Both the position numbers and the translations under genes were made by a program. Source: the human T2T-CHM13v2.0 reference genome, Homo sapiens. From it: DNA of 64,000 nt. The DNA lies in the NCBI RefSeq assembly GCF_009914755.1, contig NC_060927.1, one strand, 5' to 3'. Positions 27,375-43,500 of this stretch are shown here, piece by piece; the first letter of the stretch is position 1; each line of letters starts with the position of its first letter. The notes below the pieces were generated by a model, which saw only the letters and a program-made list of their open reading frames with translations, searched no databases and was not told the origin of the DNA.

Positions 27375-28050
27375 CTTTATTCCCCATTCCACTGCCAGAA
27401 GAAAAGCTGTTTACTCAACTGCCCAATGAGTCCTCATGTAGCTGAGATTTCCCAAAATACCTGACCTGATTTACTGGCACTGCTAAACTGAAAGCTGATG
27501 GTGTGCACAAGGCTTCTGCAGGTGTTCAACCTCACTGCCACCTGTTCCAAACTCAAAAGAGATGTGGTTGGTCAACTCAGTGAGCAGATCTGAAGCCATT
27601 CCCAGGATCAGTCAAATACTGCCCTTGATAAACCTTGCTATACTTTTACTGACTTTTGACCTGTTGCAAAAGGCTAGAGGTTTAACCAGCCACTTGAAAA
27701 ACTATGGACTGTCAGATTAAAGACACATTTCTTTGGTGCCATGTAGTTTGAAAACAAATTCAGGCAGCTAATTGAACTATTGCAGCCATTTTTGTAGATG
27801 GCCATGCCAAGTGTACATTCTCTGATGAAACCAGCTGGAATTACACTGCTGATCAAGACTGCATTGTCCAGGTTGCCACAATCACTACATGGATTCACCA
27901 CCTTACTAATTCATGACACATCCATGATCACAAGCTGAACATAAAGGAAAGAATTCTGTTCTTGAGGCAGAGGCCAACCAACACATGCCAGACTTGGGAC
28001 TCTTGCCAAAAGTTGGGCCATTATCCAAAGATGGAAGAAACCAAATTGCA
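27375..28050 (+). pseudogene. Ancient class III (ERVL-type) pol remnant: RNase H to integrase zinc finger
   Basis: Ordered degenerate motifs: *FT-GTAK (WFTDGSA, ~27467), STQ*ADLK (SAQWAELK, ~27572), CYTFTDF* (YIFTDSW, ~27636), WIHH, then CQTWDSCQK. Confidence 0.7.
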
Positions 28051-28429
28051 TGGTACTTTGTCTCTGCCCAGTCCTTACAGAAACTATGGTGATGTGCAAC
28101 TTAGGAGTGGTTATGAGGCTTTCAAGTGTTTTAAGGGAACTCAATCTTTAATTGATGTAACCTGTAAGTGATGACTGCGGAAATCTACTCAAAATGGTCA
28201 CTCTCAATTCCTTAGGGGAACTTCCTGGGGAGATAACTGACCCATTATTCACAAGTATTATGTGGGAATTTTTACCTACAATGGAAGTCATTCACTTAGA
28301 AAAAGTGGTACAAATTTGTGAAATTAAACTAATGTGTGTAGGATTGTTCATATTTTCATAACCGGCCAGCATGATCTGATACAAGTCACCATAGTTTGTT
28401 TCTGTCACTACCATGGTCTTGGCAATCAT

Positions 28430-28640
28430 ATAGAGTATATCTGAAAGACGTGGGTACAAATTTCAGATATGCCACTTAAGAAAGGAATGACCTTGGGAAA
28501 ATCAGAACCCTTCAGTGTTACAGGTTTTTTTTTTTACTTCTCTGAAAATGTGGATAATGTTACTGAAACTCACAAATGAAACAAACATATCTGTCACAGT
28601 TCCTGGTATACTATAAAAGCTCTTATAAATAAAGTTCATT
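28430..28640 (+). mobile_element. MIR
   Basis: MIR core-like: gggtacaaatttcagatatgccactta...tgaccttgggaaa...ctgaaaatgtggataat. Confidence 0.7.
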
Positions 28641-29487
28641 TTTCCGGCTTTACTTAAAATTTTGGACGATACAATTGTAAGTTTGTTCATTATTTTTCTT
28701 TGGTCATTTATTATTTGAAATTTTAAGCTTCTAACTGTCCTTAAGATGGGATAAAAAGGAGAATCTTGCCTGTGCTACCTTATGTACTGAAAATAAATTG
28801 GACTTTGAAATCTACAATCCTAGATATAAATTGGGCATTCAGAACCCTTTATCAGTATAAGGTTAAGTAACCATGTTACTTAAATTCCTGAATCTAAAAA
28901 AACTTAGGGATTTGAACTAAATGATCAATACTGTACTAGTGCTATTTCTAAGAGAATAAATGTCTTTTTGAATACTGTGTAAGAGATTACTGAAGTATCT
29001 TTAAAAGCATTGAAATGTATTATATTTTAAAATATTTGGAAAGGGTATCTTTTAAAAATACATTGCCTATGTTCTTGACTTCTTAAACAAAGTATTTGGA
29101 ATAAATTTAACCATGTATTGGTAAACCAGGATTATCATTTTAGTCATTAAAAATTATAATGTGATATAATATTCATTTATGCCTCATTATTTTTAGATTT
29201 AAAGTTATAGAAACGTAACAACCCCTTCCAAAACCTGAAAAACATAACTCTCTCACTGTTAAAATTAAGTTAGAAAAATAGTTGTCAAATTTTATTTTTT
29301 TATTCTGAAAAATAACTGAGAGTTTGTTTATGTTTATGTTAGGTAAAAGACTATGTATCTTTGATAAGATTTCTTACATTTTTACAATTACTTATAGAAA
29401 TGATGCACATTATAAATTATTATCAAATGCTAAACTTGGTATTTTTACAAATATAGAGAAGGCAGTGGGATTCTTGTGGACAAAGTT

Positions 29488-30256
29488 TGTTATCAAACTG
29501 AACTGGAGTCTGTTTGCCCAACACGCTAAGACTAGATATCCACCCTAGGATTTGCAGTGGGAGAAAAGAAGGCCTTTATTTGCAGGCCATCAAGCAAGGA
29601 GGATCAGGCAGCTAATGCTTAAGTCCCAACCTCCCAAATGGCTTTCAGGTGGAGGTTTTAAAAGGCAGAGAGGCAGAGGTTATAGGCAAAGTCATAAATC
29701 AAGACATGGAGACTACCCACTGGTTTGACTTGAAAAGGCAGGACATCTCATAGGGTAGAGCGGCACAGTTCATAGGTAGATTCAAATATTTTCTGATTTG
29801 TAATTGGTTAAAAAGGTGATGCTTTGTCTAAAATTTGGGATCAGCAGAAAAGAATAGCTCTGGCTTGTGGGTGGGTGAGCCTTCTCTAGGTCCCTCAGGA
29901 AGAAATTCATAACAAAGAATGGTGGTCAGAGTTTAGTCTTCTGTTCCTCCTTACCTGAGGTCTGTGTGCCAGTGGACCAATTTGGTGGGGATCTGGATTT
30001 CTAAAAAACAACTCAAGGAAATGTGTTAAGATGTTGTCTTTGGTTTCTATAGAGAACAAAACATCTCCTGACTCTAACTTCCTTGGCTATTGTTTTAAGT
30101 TGCTATTACCATCTTGTTTATCAAGTTGCTCATTTAATTCCTAGGGCTAGCTAGATGTCTGCACTTTCCCTAGGAGGAATTCAAGATTTGTCTTTATTTC
30201 TGTGCCTGGTGGGGGGATGCCTGGTAGGCCCATAAGAGGGTCTCTGCTCCATCTCA
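29488..30256 (-). mobile_element. Solo ERV1 MER4-group LTR (LTR39/MER72-like)
   Basis: TG...CA termini, near-TSD agtt/agct, and minus-strand AATAAA near the left end. Confidence 0.75.
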
Positions 30257-31479
30257 AGCTCTAAGACATGAGCACTATATGAGCTTCTGAAAGGTGTTAG
30301 GTCCCTGTCAGTGAAGTGAAGTGAATGTGCTGTAAGCACTGGCCCAGCTCAGGCTCCATATGTAGATTTTCACATATTAATTCCTCCAATCATGAAGTAT
30401 ATTCTGGAAGTTCTTTTCAGATACACAGCCAAAGACTGAAATTAATTTCTAGGAGCTACGTTAGAGCTTCTAGGGGAAGAAAAGATGGGCATTGTATGCT
30501 ATTTCATTTGAGTCTATTATCACATTGTTTACTTAGTTGTTATTCAGATTTATTCAGAAGCAGATAATCACATTTCCTAAAACGAAACATCTAATTGCCA
30601 CGAGTGTGGCATTTGAGCGGCTGTGGCAAAATCTTTTCCAGATCACAATGAGCTAAACCCTCTTTTATTTCCTACTTTAATGGCTTGTGGTAGGAATAAG
30701 CCTTTGAATTGTTAAAGAAAGTGGACTTGGTGCATGATGATTTGAATTATACTCCCTAGATGGAAATGTCTGACCAGCACAAGAAAGACTGTTTTGAAAT
30801 AGAAAAAGTAAATGTAAAAGTGGTAACAAATACTATTTTATTAAGCATTTGAGGCAAGATACATGCCTATTAATAATCTCTATTTATACCGTGTCCTTTT
30901 TACAGAGTTCAAGGCATTCCATTGCTCACATCTCCAAGTCACTTAGGTAGAGTCACTGAAGGAATCACCTACTTAAGTAGTCTTCTTGGTTCTATATATT
31001 GAGAACTATCACTGTCCCTTCCCAGCTCCCCAGCTGTATAAATTAGAACAATTTCTTCATCTAAAGCAAAGTAGTGAAATAATTTGCCCATTTTTCCATT
31101 ACACCCATAAAAAGTAACTAATCTGATTCCAGAAGCTCAGGTATTTTCTTATCATTTTGCTGAAAAATGTTCATGTGGTATTTACTTACTCCAAGTTCAA
31201 AGGTAGAGGCCACCACTCTCCTTGCCATAGTAGAGGGTCCAGAGAGAAACACAAGGGATTTGTTTAAAGAAGAAGGTCCAGTCAGTATGCAGCTAAGGGC
31301 TTTTTACATAGTTGTGGCAATTGATTGAAACTCCTCTTCTGAAAAAGAAAGTTTCTTGTCCCATGTTTAGCTAAACAAAATTAGCCTAAGGATGAAGCTA
31401 ATAGAGAAAAGAGATAATCAAAAGAAAAGCAGGAAAAAAGTGTAGAAGTCTCATCCTGTATTTTAGTGAGAAGATTCAG

Positions 31480-32986
<1,507 letters not shown>

Positions 32987-33899
32987 GTGGTTGACTATTT
33001 CTGACCTTCCCAATCAGACACAGGAGTTCTGCTCCACTGTCTTACTGAGTCATGTGATTTTTAAAGTGTTTTTCTCCCATAGGAACTGTAAGCACTGAGC
33101 AACCAGCAGCGGTGTATATCACCTGTGTTTCTCCAATAACACAAGCAGTGGCTGAAACACACTACATGCTTAACAAATATGTGCTTGCAAGTGCTCCCAG
33201 GGGAGAACTGAACATTCCCAACTTAAAGGACGATATTCTAAATAAAGGTAAAATAACTTCCAAATAACTTCAAATAGTTCTTGGTTTATTTCCATGAGAT
33301 CTCAAGAGCCTATACCACAAATAAAACACTTCAGAGTTATAGTAGGGTTTTCTTTCTAGCTTTTATTGAGTTTTCTTAGCATTATAGCTGTTATATAAAT
33401 AACATATACCAACAACTCCATATTCCCTCAACTTACAACGATGGCAATTATCATCTGCTTTAACTGAATAAAGTTCCTTCAAATATGAACTATTTTTTTG
33501 CAGTTAACTCTTTAATAAGTGTGAAAAGTGCTCATTAATGAGATCTCAAGTTTAACACTACTACTTTTAGTACATATAGCATTAGCTTTTCCAGATCATA
33601 AATAGATATAGAAATCCCATAGAGTCCTTTGTATTGATAATAAAGTTGGAACTGCCTTTCAGTTAAGCAAGATTTCTCTAATGACTCACTTCATCAATAT
33701 TTTCCATGAAGGAATGGAATTTAAAACACAAATTGAGTCCCTTTTCATAAGCGCAAAATAGCAATCACCATTCTTGCCCTTTGTCTCTTCCTCAAATGTC
33801 TCATAATCATATAAATCACATAAATAATCATATAAATAAAGAAAAACAGTTCATGACCCAGAACAAGAGTGATAAAATGTCTTACTCTTAAAAATCATA

Positions 33900-34519
<620 letters not shown>

Positions 34520-34849
34520 TCAAGTTACTGAACTTTTCTCATCCTTAGTTAATAAACTTGCTCTTAGTTCTGAAGGAAAGGACAGTAGAAAAAAATATAT
34601 AAATATGTAGCCACCACCACTGATCCCTACAGAAGAGATTATACCATCTATTAAGAATAAATTACTAATATTTTGTACCGCATTTCAAATCCAAATACAA
34701 ACAAAAATTAATGTGATAAGTAATTATATCCAAGCCCATACCAATGATCCATTTAATGTATGTGTTTGTTAGAAATACAAAATTTGTTCTGCAAGAGTTG
34801 CCATTATGTTACCATATTACACCCTCCATTGATCTTTTTGTATATGTTA

Positions 34850-35380
34850 TGTATTAGAAATGTGTTCCACTATAAGTAACAGAAAACCAAATTTATAATG
34901 ACTCGCTAATAGAGGTTTATTTTTCTCACATAGTAAGAAAGTAGGAGATAGCTGTAGTTGGCTCAGCAGCTCTATAACATCATCAAATAATTGTTTTTTC
35001 TGTCTCTTCTGTTGTGACATCTTTATCATGTGATCTTTTCCTATGAATACCAGATTATGATCAAAATATGTCTACTGCAGTTTCAGATATCCTATCTGCT
35101 TTCAAGACTAAAAAATATTAGGAGGAATGATGTTGGCCACCACTGCTCCCTATTTAAGAAAGGAAACTTCTAAATATACAAGTTTTTAGGTCTCAATGGC
35201 CATTCTTAACTTCAAAAAAGATTAGGAAAGCAAAGAAGAGGATTCTAGCAATTGGATTAAACCAAACATTATGCATTACTCAGGACTGTGATCATTGTTC
35301 TCCCAAATTCAGAATAGAAGTACAATAATAAAAAAGAAGGGAAGACATGGATTTGGGGTAGGTAACTACCATCTGGAACA
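34850..35380 (-). mobile_element. Old MaLR LTR (MLT1K/L-like)
   Basis: aagtaacagaaaacc...ggtttatttttctcacatagtaagaa and a terminal ggatttggggtaggtaactac. Confidence 0.6.
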
Positions 35381-35547
35381 GCACATAATAAAGTCTCTAT
35401 TGCCTAGCATGTTTAGAAAATGCAATCTTACTTTGTCATACTTTTTCTAGTGAACAAAAAAGTTTAGGTAGTAACAACTCTACTATAAGCCTCTCAAGAG
35501 CAAGGACTGTGATTTCCTCATTACTTTGTTACAACAAAGATACAATA

Positions 35548-35737
35548 ACCAACATGAAGTGGATATGCAATAACATTTGTGAATGGATAGAAAAATGGAC
35601 AATGGATGGATGGATAAATCCATATGCGAATTACTGACACCAACATAAAGTGGATATGCAATAACATTTGTGAATTGATAGAAAAATAGACAGATGGAAG
35701 GATGGATGGATGGATAAATCCCTATGTGAATTACTGA
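35548..35737. repeat. Two-copy ~90-99 bp tandem duplication
   Basis: accaacat(g/a)aagtggatatgcaataacatttgtgaat...ggataaatcc.tatg.gaattactga occurs at 35548-35637 and 35639-35737. Confidence 0.93.
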
Positions 35738-35798
35738 TTTTGAAAAGCTTGAATGCCATAATGTCATTCAGTACTAAAATTACATTGAATATAGATAA

Positions 35799-36141
<343 letters not shown>

Positions 36142-37934
36142 GTGAGTTTGTTTTAATTGCAAGGCAAATCCGTAGGAGGAAACAAAACACCATAAATTTC
36201 ATGATTCTTTGCAAATACAAACCATAAAAGTAATGGAAAATTCAATAGTACCATAAAAATGTAAAGTGGTATTGGACCTTAGAGAACAATTAATCTAATC
36301 TCTTCACTTTAATGAAAAATAAACTAATGTCTAAACCTATATAACCGATGGCAGTCAAACTAGCCCACATATTCAATGGCATGTGTTTAATCCATTTCAT
36401 CACACTGTAAAATTTTGGAAAGTACACAATTGTTTTTGACTGAGTTTATCATTATGTCCATCAGCTATATAAGCAAATTTATGCATAAAAATGTAAGTTA
36501 ATCCAAAACCAGCTTGACTGACTTTCATTGACTACTTTGACTTGCCAAATGGCAAACAGGGTTATGAATATTAAAACTGCCCATATTAAATGGGTGTTGT
36601 TGGCTTTTATTATGCATACATTATTATTCATATAAAAAATTAATGGTGGAAGTTTATATATATACTCACCTATTAAATTCTAATATGCATACTGTAGACA
36701 TTTAACTGGGGTGAAGTCTGTCAGAGCTATACTGCAGCTGGTTAATATCAAAGATATGGCTATTTATCTTCAAGTTAATTGCAAATCACTTTTTTCTGAA
36801 ACTGGATAGCATTGCTGCAGTTTTACAGTCATTTTAAATTATTCCAAATTGCATGTGTGGTTGCCACAGACTAGAAAAAATATTTAATATTTCCATTGAA
36901 ATGTTATGGGCTAATCATGTAAAATGATATGTGTTAATAACAAACATTGTCCTACCATGCCAACTTCCAAATTTGAGTATCAAATATTTTCTTAATTATA
37001 TGGTACTATATGTGGGGTGACACAGTAAATATCATGGAATGTTTTCTTTAATTAGTAATATGCAATTTACTAGAAATTGAGTGGAGATTTTACTGTTATT
37101 CTTTGGAAGGGTATCTCTGTAGGTTTTATTTAAAAAATTAGCTGAGCAATATTTTATTGAACATAGTAAAACAAGTCTCATATAGTTTATTCTAATGAAA
37201 ATTAGCTGAACATTATCTTATGAAACTTATCAAAGCAAGTCTCATACAGTTTAACAAAATCATAGCTGTTTTTTGTGTGCAAAGTTATAGCCATGTTTTC
37301 TAAAAATTCGACATTAGATACTTATATTAGCTTGTACAGCACTCTAAAATTTCTTAAATTATTAGTGTCAATGGCAATAATATACTTCTTTTAAACTCTT
37401 TTATGCTTCAAACATAGTTAAAATATTAATTTTGAACGAAGAGATAGGAAGCTATACTCTACATTCAGCAGTCTCCATTGTACAAAGAGAAAAACAGACG
37501 GCTGGGGCATTTGGTAGAGCAAAGCTGCAACCTAGAGGTATATTGAGTAGATCCATATCATTGTTATCAAGGGGGTGAAAAGAAAGCACATAGTAGGAGA
37601 GGAAAATGAGAAAATATGAGTGGGGAAAAAAAAGATGCAGAAAGTGGCACCCAAGTGGGAGACCCAGTCACCTTGTCTCCACAGAGAAGGTGAGCTTTGT
37701 GACAAAGACCCATACATTTCAGCTCTCAGCACTGTGTGCAGGGAAGAAGGGACAGGGAGAGAAGGTAATTTTGTTTGTATTTTTGTGATGATTTGATTAA
37801 TCTTCCTTTCCTCAGACTCTGTTCAACATTGTGTCCCTAATCAGGTGTTCAATGACTGGCAAAGAGTTGTTTCTTAATGTTTTGTGGATGACTAAGTGAG
37901 TAAGTAAATGTGTGTTAATCACAAAAGAATAGGT

Positions 37935-38105
37935 TAGTACCTTGTTATACAAAGTGTGGTCCTGAAACCAGCAGCAACATTGCCATCTCCTTCCTGCTTG
38001 CTAGAAATTCACAATCTCAAGCTTCATCTAAAACTGACCAGATCAGAAACTACATTTTTTAAAAATCTCCCAAATGATTCCTATGCATTTTAAAGAAGCA
38101 TTGGG
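37935..38105. mobile_element. MER5A-like hAT DNA transposon
   Basis: caaagtgtggtcc...accagcagca...ttgctagaaat...atcagaa...tgattcctatgca. Confidence 0.75.
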
Positions 38106-38379
38106 CTATATTTTGCATGTCCTCCAGACTTAAAGCAGGCAGACTTTTTAAAGTCCAGCAAAAATAATAGGCATAATTTTATGAAATGAGCCTCTGGGGT
38201 GGAAGACACTACATAAAAACAAAAGAAAATTAGGAAGCTCTAGGAAATAAAATCTGATTGTATACATAATCCAAATGTTGAGTAAGAAGTGCGGTTCTTA
38301 ACAACAAACAAACAAGCAAAAGTACCAAAATGGTGTTGGACAAGGAGTTCTCTGCAAGTGTGGGTTTTTAAAATAAGTA

Positions 38380-38600
38380 TAATAGTTAATATTTAACGAA
38401 TTTTCTGTATACCAGACACTATTCTTGGCTCTTTATATAAATTAATTTGTTTAATTAATTATGCAAAACCCATGCAATAGGAGGAATGTTGTCTCCATTG
38501 CATAGATGCAAACGCTGAGGCAAAAAGAAGTTTAATAGTCCAAATTTAAACAGTAGATAAGTTGTGAAGGCAATTTTTCAAAATCCAAAATACCACTTCT
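38380..38600 (-). mobile_element. MIR
   Basis: ccagacactatt...gctctttatata...ctccattgcatagatgcaaacgctgaggca. Confidence 0.7.
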
Positions 38601-39199
38601 CTACCAGTTATGAAACAATGGAACTGACTTCTAACTATAGCATTTCATAGTCTTAAGACAAAAATGAGACTTACTACAAGTCTACGTATAAGAAAAAACT
38701 ATTATTTTTCTTTCTTTTATTTTCTTTTGAAATGAGTTTAAATGGAAGAAGATAAAGAAAGATAGTCTCAGTATTTGGGACCAAAGGTATAATTGCTGAT
38801 GAATAAATAAAACAGTAAAACTCCTCAATTGTTATTTTGTTTTTTCTCTGACACTGGCAATAATCTTAGCAATGAAAACAGTAGAACAGGTATTCTTAGA
38901 AAGGCATATAAACTCACGATAGGTGAAAGATTAAAAACATATTCTAAATGATTTAAAACATATTCTAAAAAACATGTTTATATTCAAATTTAAAATATAT
39001 AAATGAGACACAGATAAATTACATCTTATGGTATTAAGGAAACTTAAAATAAAAAACATTAGAAAACTATAAATAATCATTTAGGAAGCATATTAAAAGG
39101 GAAAGATTTCTAAAAACTAAAAAATGAGGAAGAAGTGAACTATGTAAATTTAAAAATATAATTTACAAATATCTAGGCAATAACTCCAAGAAAGGTATT

Positions 39200-40520
39200 A
39201 GAAAATTGTATATTAGATAATGAAAAAGCCATATATATTATATGAACATTCATTTCAGGTTTGTTTATAACAGCAAAAAATTAGAAACAGCCTAAATTTC
39301 TAATGATAAGTTCTTATGTAAATTATGTTATTTCTACATTATAAAATTTTTAGCCTATGAAGATGAATATGTAAAAAACTATAAAACCAGGTAATGTTTA
39401 AAATATGTAGTAATTCTATGTGTGTTTACATGTAAATTTATTAAAAACTAAAATGTCAGAAAAAGTTCATTGAAGACAAAACGTATAGAAAATATCTCAT
39501 ATTTATAGAAGAATTTGTGGGGATTTTTAGCATCTGACTTTTTTAAACCTATGTTTCTTGAAACTTATAGAATGGACATGTATTATTATCTTTAATTTGT
39601 TTAAAATCCTGTAAAGCAACATCTATAGAAGAGACGGTTTGTGAGTAGCCCTCACCACCCCATATGTGCTCATATCCAGTGAGTCCCACAGGTTTCTCTG
39701 GGAGTTAACAGATTAGGAGACAGTAGAACCAAGGCAGCCATTGTGAAATTACACCAAATAAGCAAACTAGGAATAGAAAGAACTTCCTGAACCTAATAAA
39801 AGGGATCTCAACTTAGTTTACTGGGACTTTCAGTCACAAATGAAGATTTATTTTTATCAAAAGCTTTTCTGCATTTACTGAAATGATCATATGATTTTCT
39901 CCTATAACCTGTTACTATGATGGATGACATTATTTCATATCAGCATGTCAAACCAACCTTGCATTGTTGCAATAAACACCACTTGCTTATGATGCAGTAT
40001 GCTCTAAGTATATAATGGAATTTCAAACATTGTCTTAGTATCCTTTTAATATTCTAGAATATGTGGTGATAATTCCTATTTCATTCCTGATATTTGTGAT
40101 TTGTGTTATCTCTTTTTATTTCTTTGATCAGTTTAGCTAGAGGTTTAATAAGTTTTAAATATATTCTTACTTTCCTCCATTGTTTGCCTTTTTTTCTTTC
40201 TTACTTATTTTTCTTTCTTCTCTTCTTACCTTACATATTTCCTTCCTTCTACTTTCTTTGGATTTAGCTGCCTGATATAAAACCTCAGATTATTGATATT
40301 TGATCTTTTTTATTTTTTATATAAACATTTAAACTTACAGGATTTTGCTCCAAAAAAAAGCATTAGATACACCACACAATTTTTGATGTGGAAAAAATTT
40401 TGATGTTATAATTTAATTATTTTTACTGTCAATTATCAATTACAAGACTCAAGTATTATTGATTTCTAATAGAATTCTGTGGGATCAGAAGACATTTAAA
40501 CATTTTATATTAATTGAGAT
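39200..40520. mobile_element. Old L1M fragments in mixed orientation
   Basis: + strand 3'-end-like gtttataacagcaaaaaattagaaacagcctaaat; minus-strand ORF2-like gcttttctgcatttactgaaatgatcatatg. Confidence 0.65.
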
Positions 40521-43500
40521 CTTCGATTTATGGTATAGAATGCTGAAAAGAGTATTATGCTCACTCTTACAACAACAACAAAAAGCTCAGACAATCTTTA
40601 AAATTATAACTTTACTGGGATACAATGGATAGCTGATGTCACAGAGCAAACAAAATCTCAGAATCCGGTCTATGCAAACACAAATAGAGCCAACGACAAA
40701 CAGGACCCAAGTACTTGTTTATCTGGAGCAGATGCCAGACACCAAACCCTAATAAGCAAATAAGAATTTAGTCAAAAATGTCAAGGAATATCTGAAAGCA
40801 GATTGTGGGGTAGCATAAGAGAACAGAACCCTTAGGAGCCACAGATACCAGGAAATTTATACTCACTTTGTCTCTTTTCTACACACCTTACCACATGCAG
40901 ATGAAAAAGACTGGAGAAGGAAAGCCCTAAGAAAATCTTCCTAGTGGTACAAGCCTGGGGAAAGGAAGAGCAGCTAATTTAAGAAAGGCACAAAACTTCA
41001 CACAGATCATCCTACCTAATTTCTCCTATGAAAGAAACATAAAAGGATGAATGTATAATTGCAAATAAGGGGATGAAACAGGAAAATTAATATTACTCCT
41101 GGAATGGAGAAGACATACATTCTGGGCCCAGACTATTAGAATTCTCCTACAGCTGAGGAAATGACAGAATAGTTTAGAAGCAACTGGGCACAGTGGCTCA
41201 CGCCTGTAATCCCAGCACTTTGGCAGTTCACTTGAGGCCAGTGGTTCGAGACCAGCCTAGCCAACATGGTGAAATCCCATCTCTACTAAAAATACAAAAA
41301 TTAGTCAGGCATGGTGCTGCATGCCTATAAGCCCAGCTACTTGGGAAGCTGAGGCACAGGAAATGCTTGAACCCAGGAGGCAGTGATTGCAGTGAGCTGA
41401 GATTGCAACACTGCACTCCAGCCTGAGTGACAGAGCAAGACTCTGTCTCCAATAAAAAATAAAAATAAAAATAAAAATAAATTAAGAAAAAAGAATTTAG
41501 GAGGTCTCACCTCTGAGATCCAGGGACATACCACCTGCCTAATAATTAGTCTCAATCAAAAAACATAAAATGCTTCCCACACACTCCAGTAAAAGTTGAG
41601 TAATAAATAAAAATAAAAATAGTCTAATGCTAGAGAATAAAAAAGAGAAAACTTTCTAGGAAACTATAATCTACGGAAAGAAGAATGATAGGGGAAGTTG
41701 AATTCTAGGATAAACGAAAGATAACTACAGCAAGATATAAAGCAGGATAACTATAGCAACAAAAAAACTCAAATCAAGCTAAACTCCTAACTAGGCCTTG
41801 ATACCAAGTTTAATTAAATCCAAAGTAAGGCACAAAAAGAAATAAATAGAAATTAGAGCAGAAATCAATGCAATTCAAAGAAGGTAATCAATGGAGAAAA
41901 TAAATAAAAACAAAAGCTGATTCTTAGAAAAGATAAATAAGTTTGATAATTCTCTAGCCAGGCTAACAAAGAAAAAAGAGGTCAGTAATTACTAACATCA
42001 GATATGAAAGAGGGGAGGTAACCACAGATCCAACGGACATTGAAAGGCAGTAAATGAATATTATGAACCACTAATAATCTAGATGACAGGGACCGATTGC
42101 TTAATAGACACAATCTGCCAAAACTTACACAAGAAAAAATAGACAATTTGAATAAGCCTATAACTATCAAAGAAATCAAATCAATGATTAATAACCTTCC
42201 AAATAGAAAATATCAGTCCCAGATGGGTCTGCTGATAAATTACATAAAAAATTTAAGGAATAAATTATACCAATTCTTCATAATCTCTTTCAGAGGATGA
42301 AAGTCCTAACTTATACTTTGAAGCCAGCATCAGCCTAACACCACAACCAGACAGATATTGTACAAAAATAAAACTACAGACCAATACCTCTCATAAACAC
42401 ATATGCAAAAATGCTCAACAAAATATTAGCAAATCAAATCCAACAATGAATAAAAAGAATTACACACCATAACAAATGGGATTTATCTCAGGTATGCATG
42501 GCTGGTTCAGTATTTGAAAGTCAATTAATGTATTCTATAATATTAACAGACTAAAGAAGAAAAATCATGTGATCAATATCAATAGATTCAGAAAAAACAT
42601 TTGAAAAAATCTAACAGTAATTCATGATAAAAACTCTGAGTAAACTAGGAACAGGAGCGAAAAACTTCCTCCATTTGATAAAGAATATATATAAAAAACT
42701 TACAGCTAACATCTTACATAATGGTGAGAAACTAGAAGCTTTTTTACCAATATCAAACACAAGGCAAGACATCCCCTCTCACTACTCCTTTTCAACATTG
42801 TACTGGAAGTTCTAGATAATGAAATAAAACAATAAAAGGAAATAAAAAGTATATTGTTTAAAAGGAAAGAAATAAATCCACCTTTATTCCACAGGTGACA
42901 TTATTTTTTATGTATCAACTCTGAAAGAATTGACAAAATGCTCCTGGAACAACTAAGCAATTATAGTAAGGTGGCAAGACACAAGGTTAACATACAAAAG
43001 TCAATTGCTTTCCTATATAACAACAATTAATAAAATACCATTAATATTAGCACCCCAAAACTAAAATACTAACAAACATGTCTAACAAAATATTACAAGA
43101 CTTATATGAGAAAAACCACAAAACTCTGATAAAAGAAATCAAAGAAGAACTAAATAAATAGAGAGATATTTTATGTTTGTGGATAGGAAGACTCCATGTT
43201 GTCATGATTTCAATTCTCCCCAACTTGATCTATAGATTCAATGAAATTCCAATCAAAATCCCATCAAATTATTCTGTGGATATCAACAAACTGATTCTAA
43301 AGCTTATATAAAGAGGGAAAAGACCCATAGCAGCCAACACAATATTGAAAGAGAAGAACAAAGTGGGAGGACTAATATTACTCAACTTCAAGACTTACTG
43401 TAAAGCTATCTAATCAATATACTATAGCATTGGCAAAAGAATAGAACAATAGATCAATGGAACAGAATGAGATTCCTGAAATAGAGACCCACATACAGTC

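Noticed and set aside
27460-27670. Three Trp codons read as TGA, suggesting APOBEC3 hypermutation
   Set aside because: The dinucleotide contexts differ and the element is heavily diverged, so neutral decay is sufficient.
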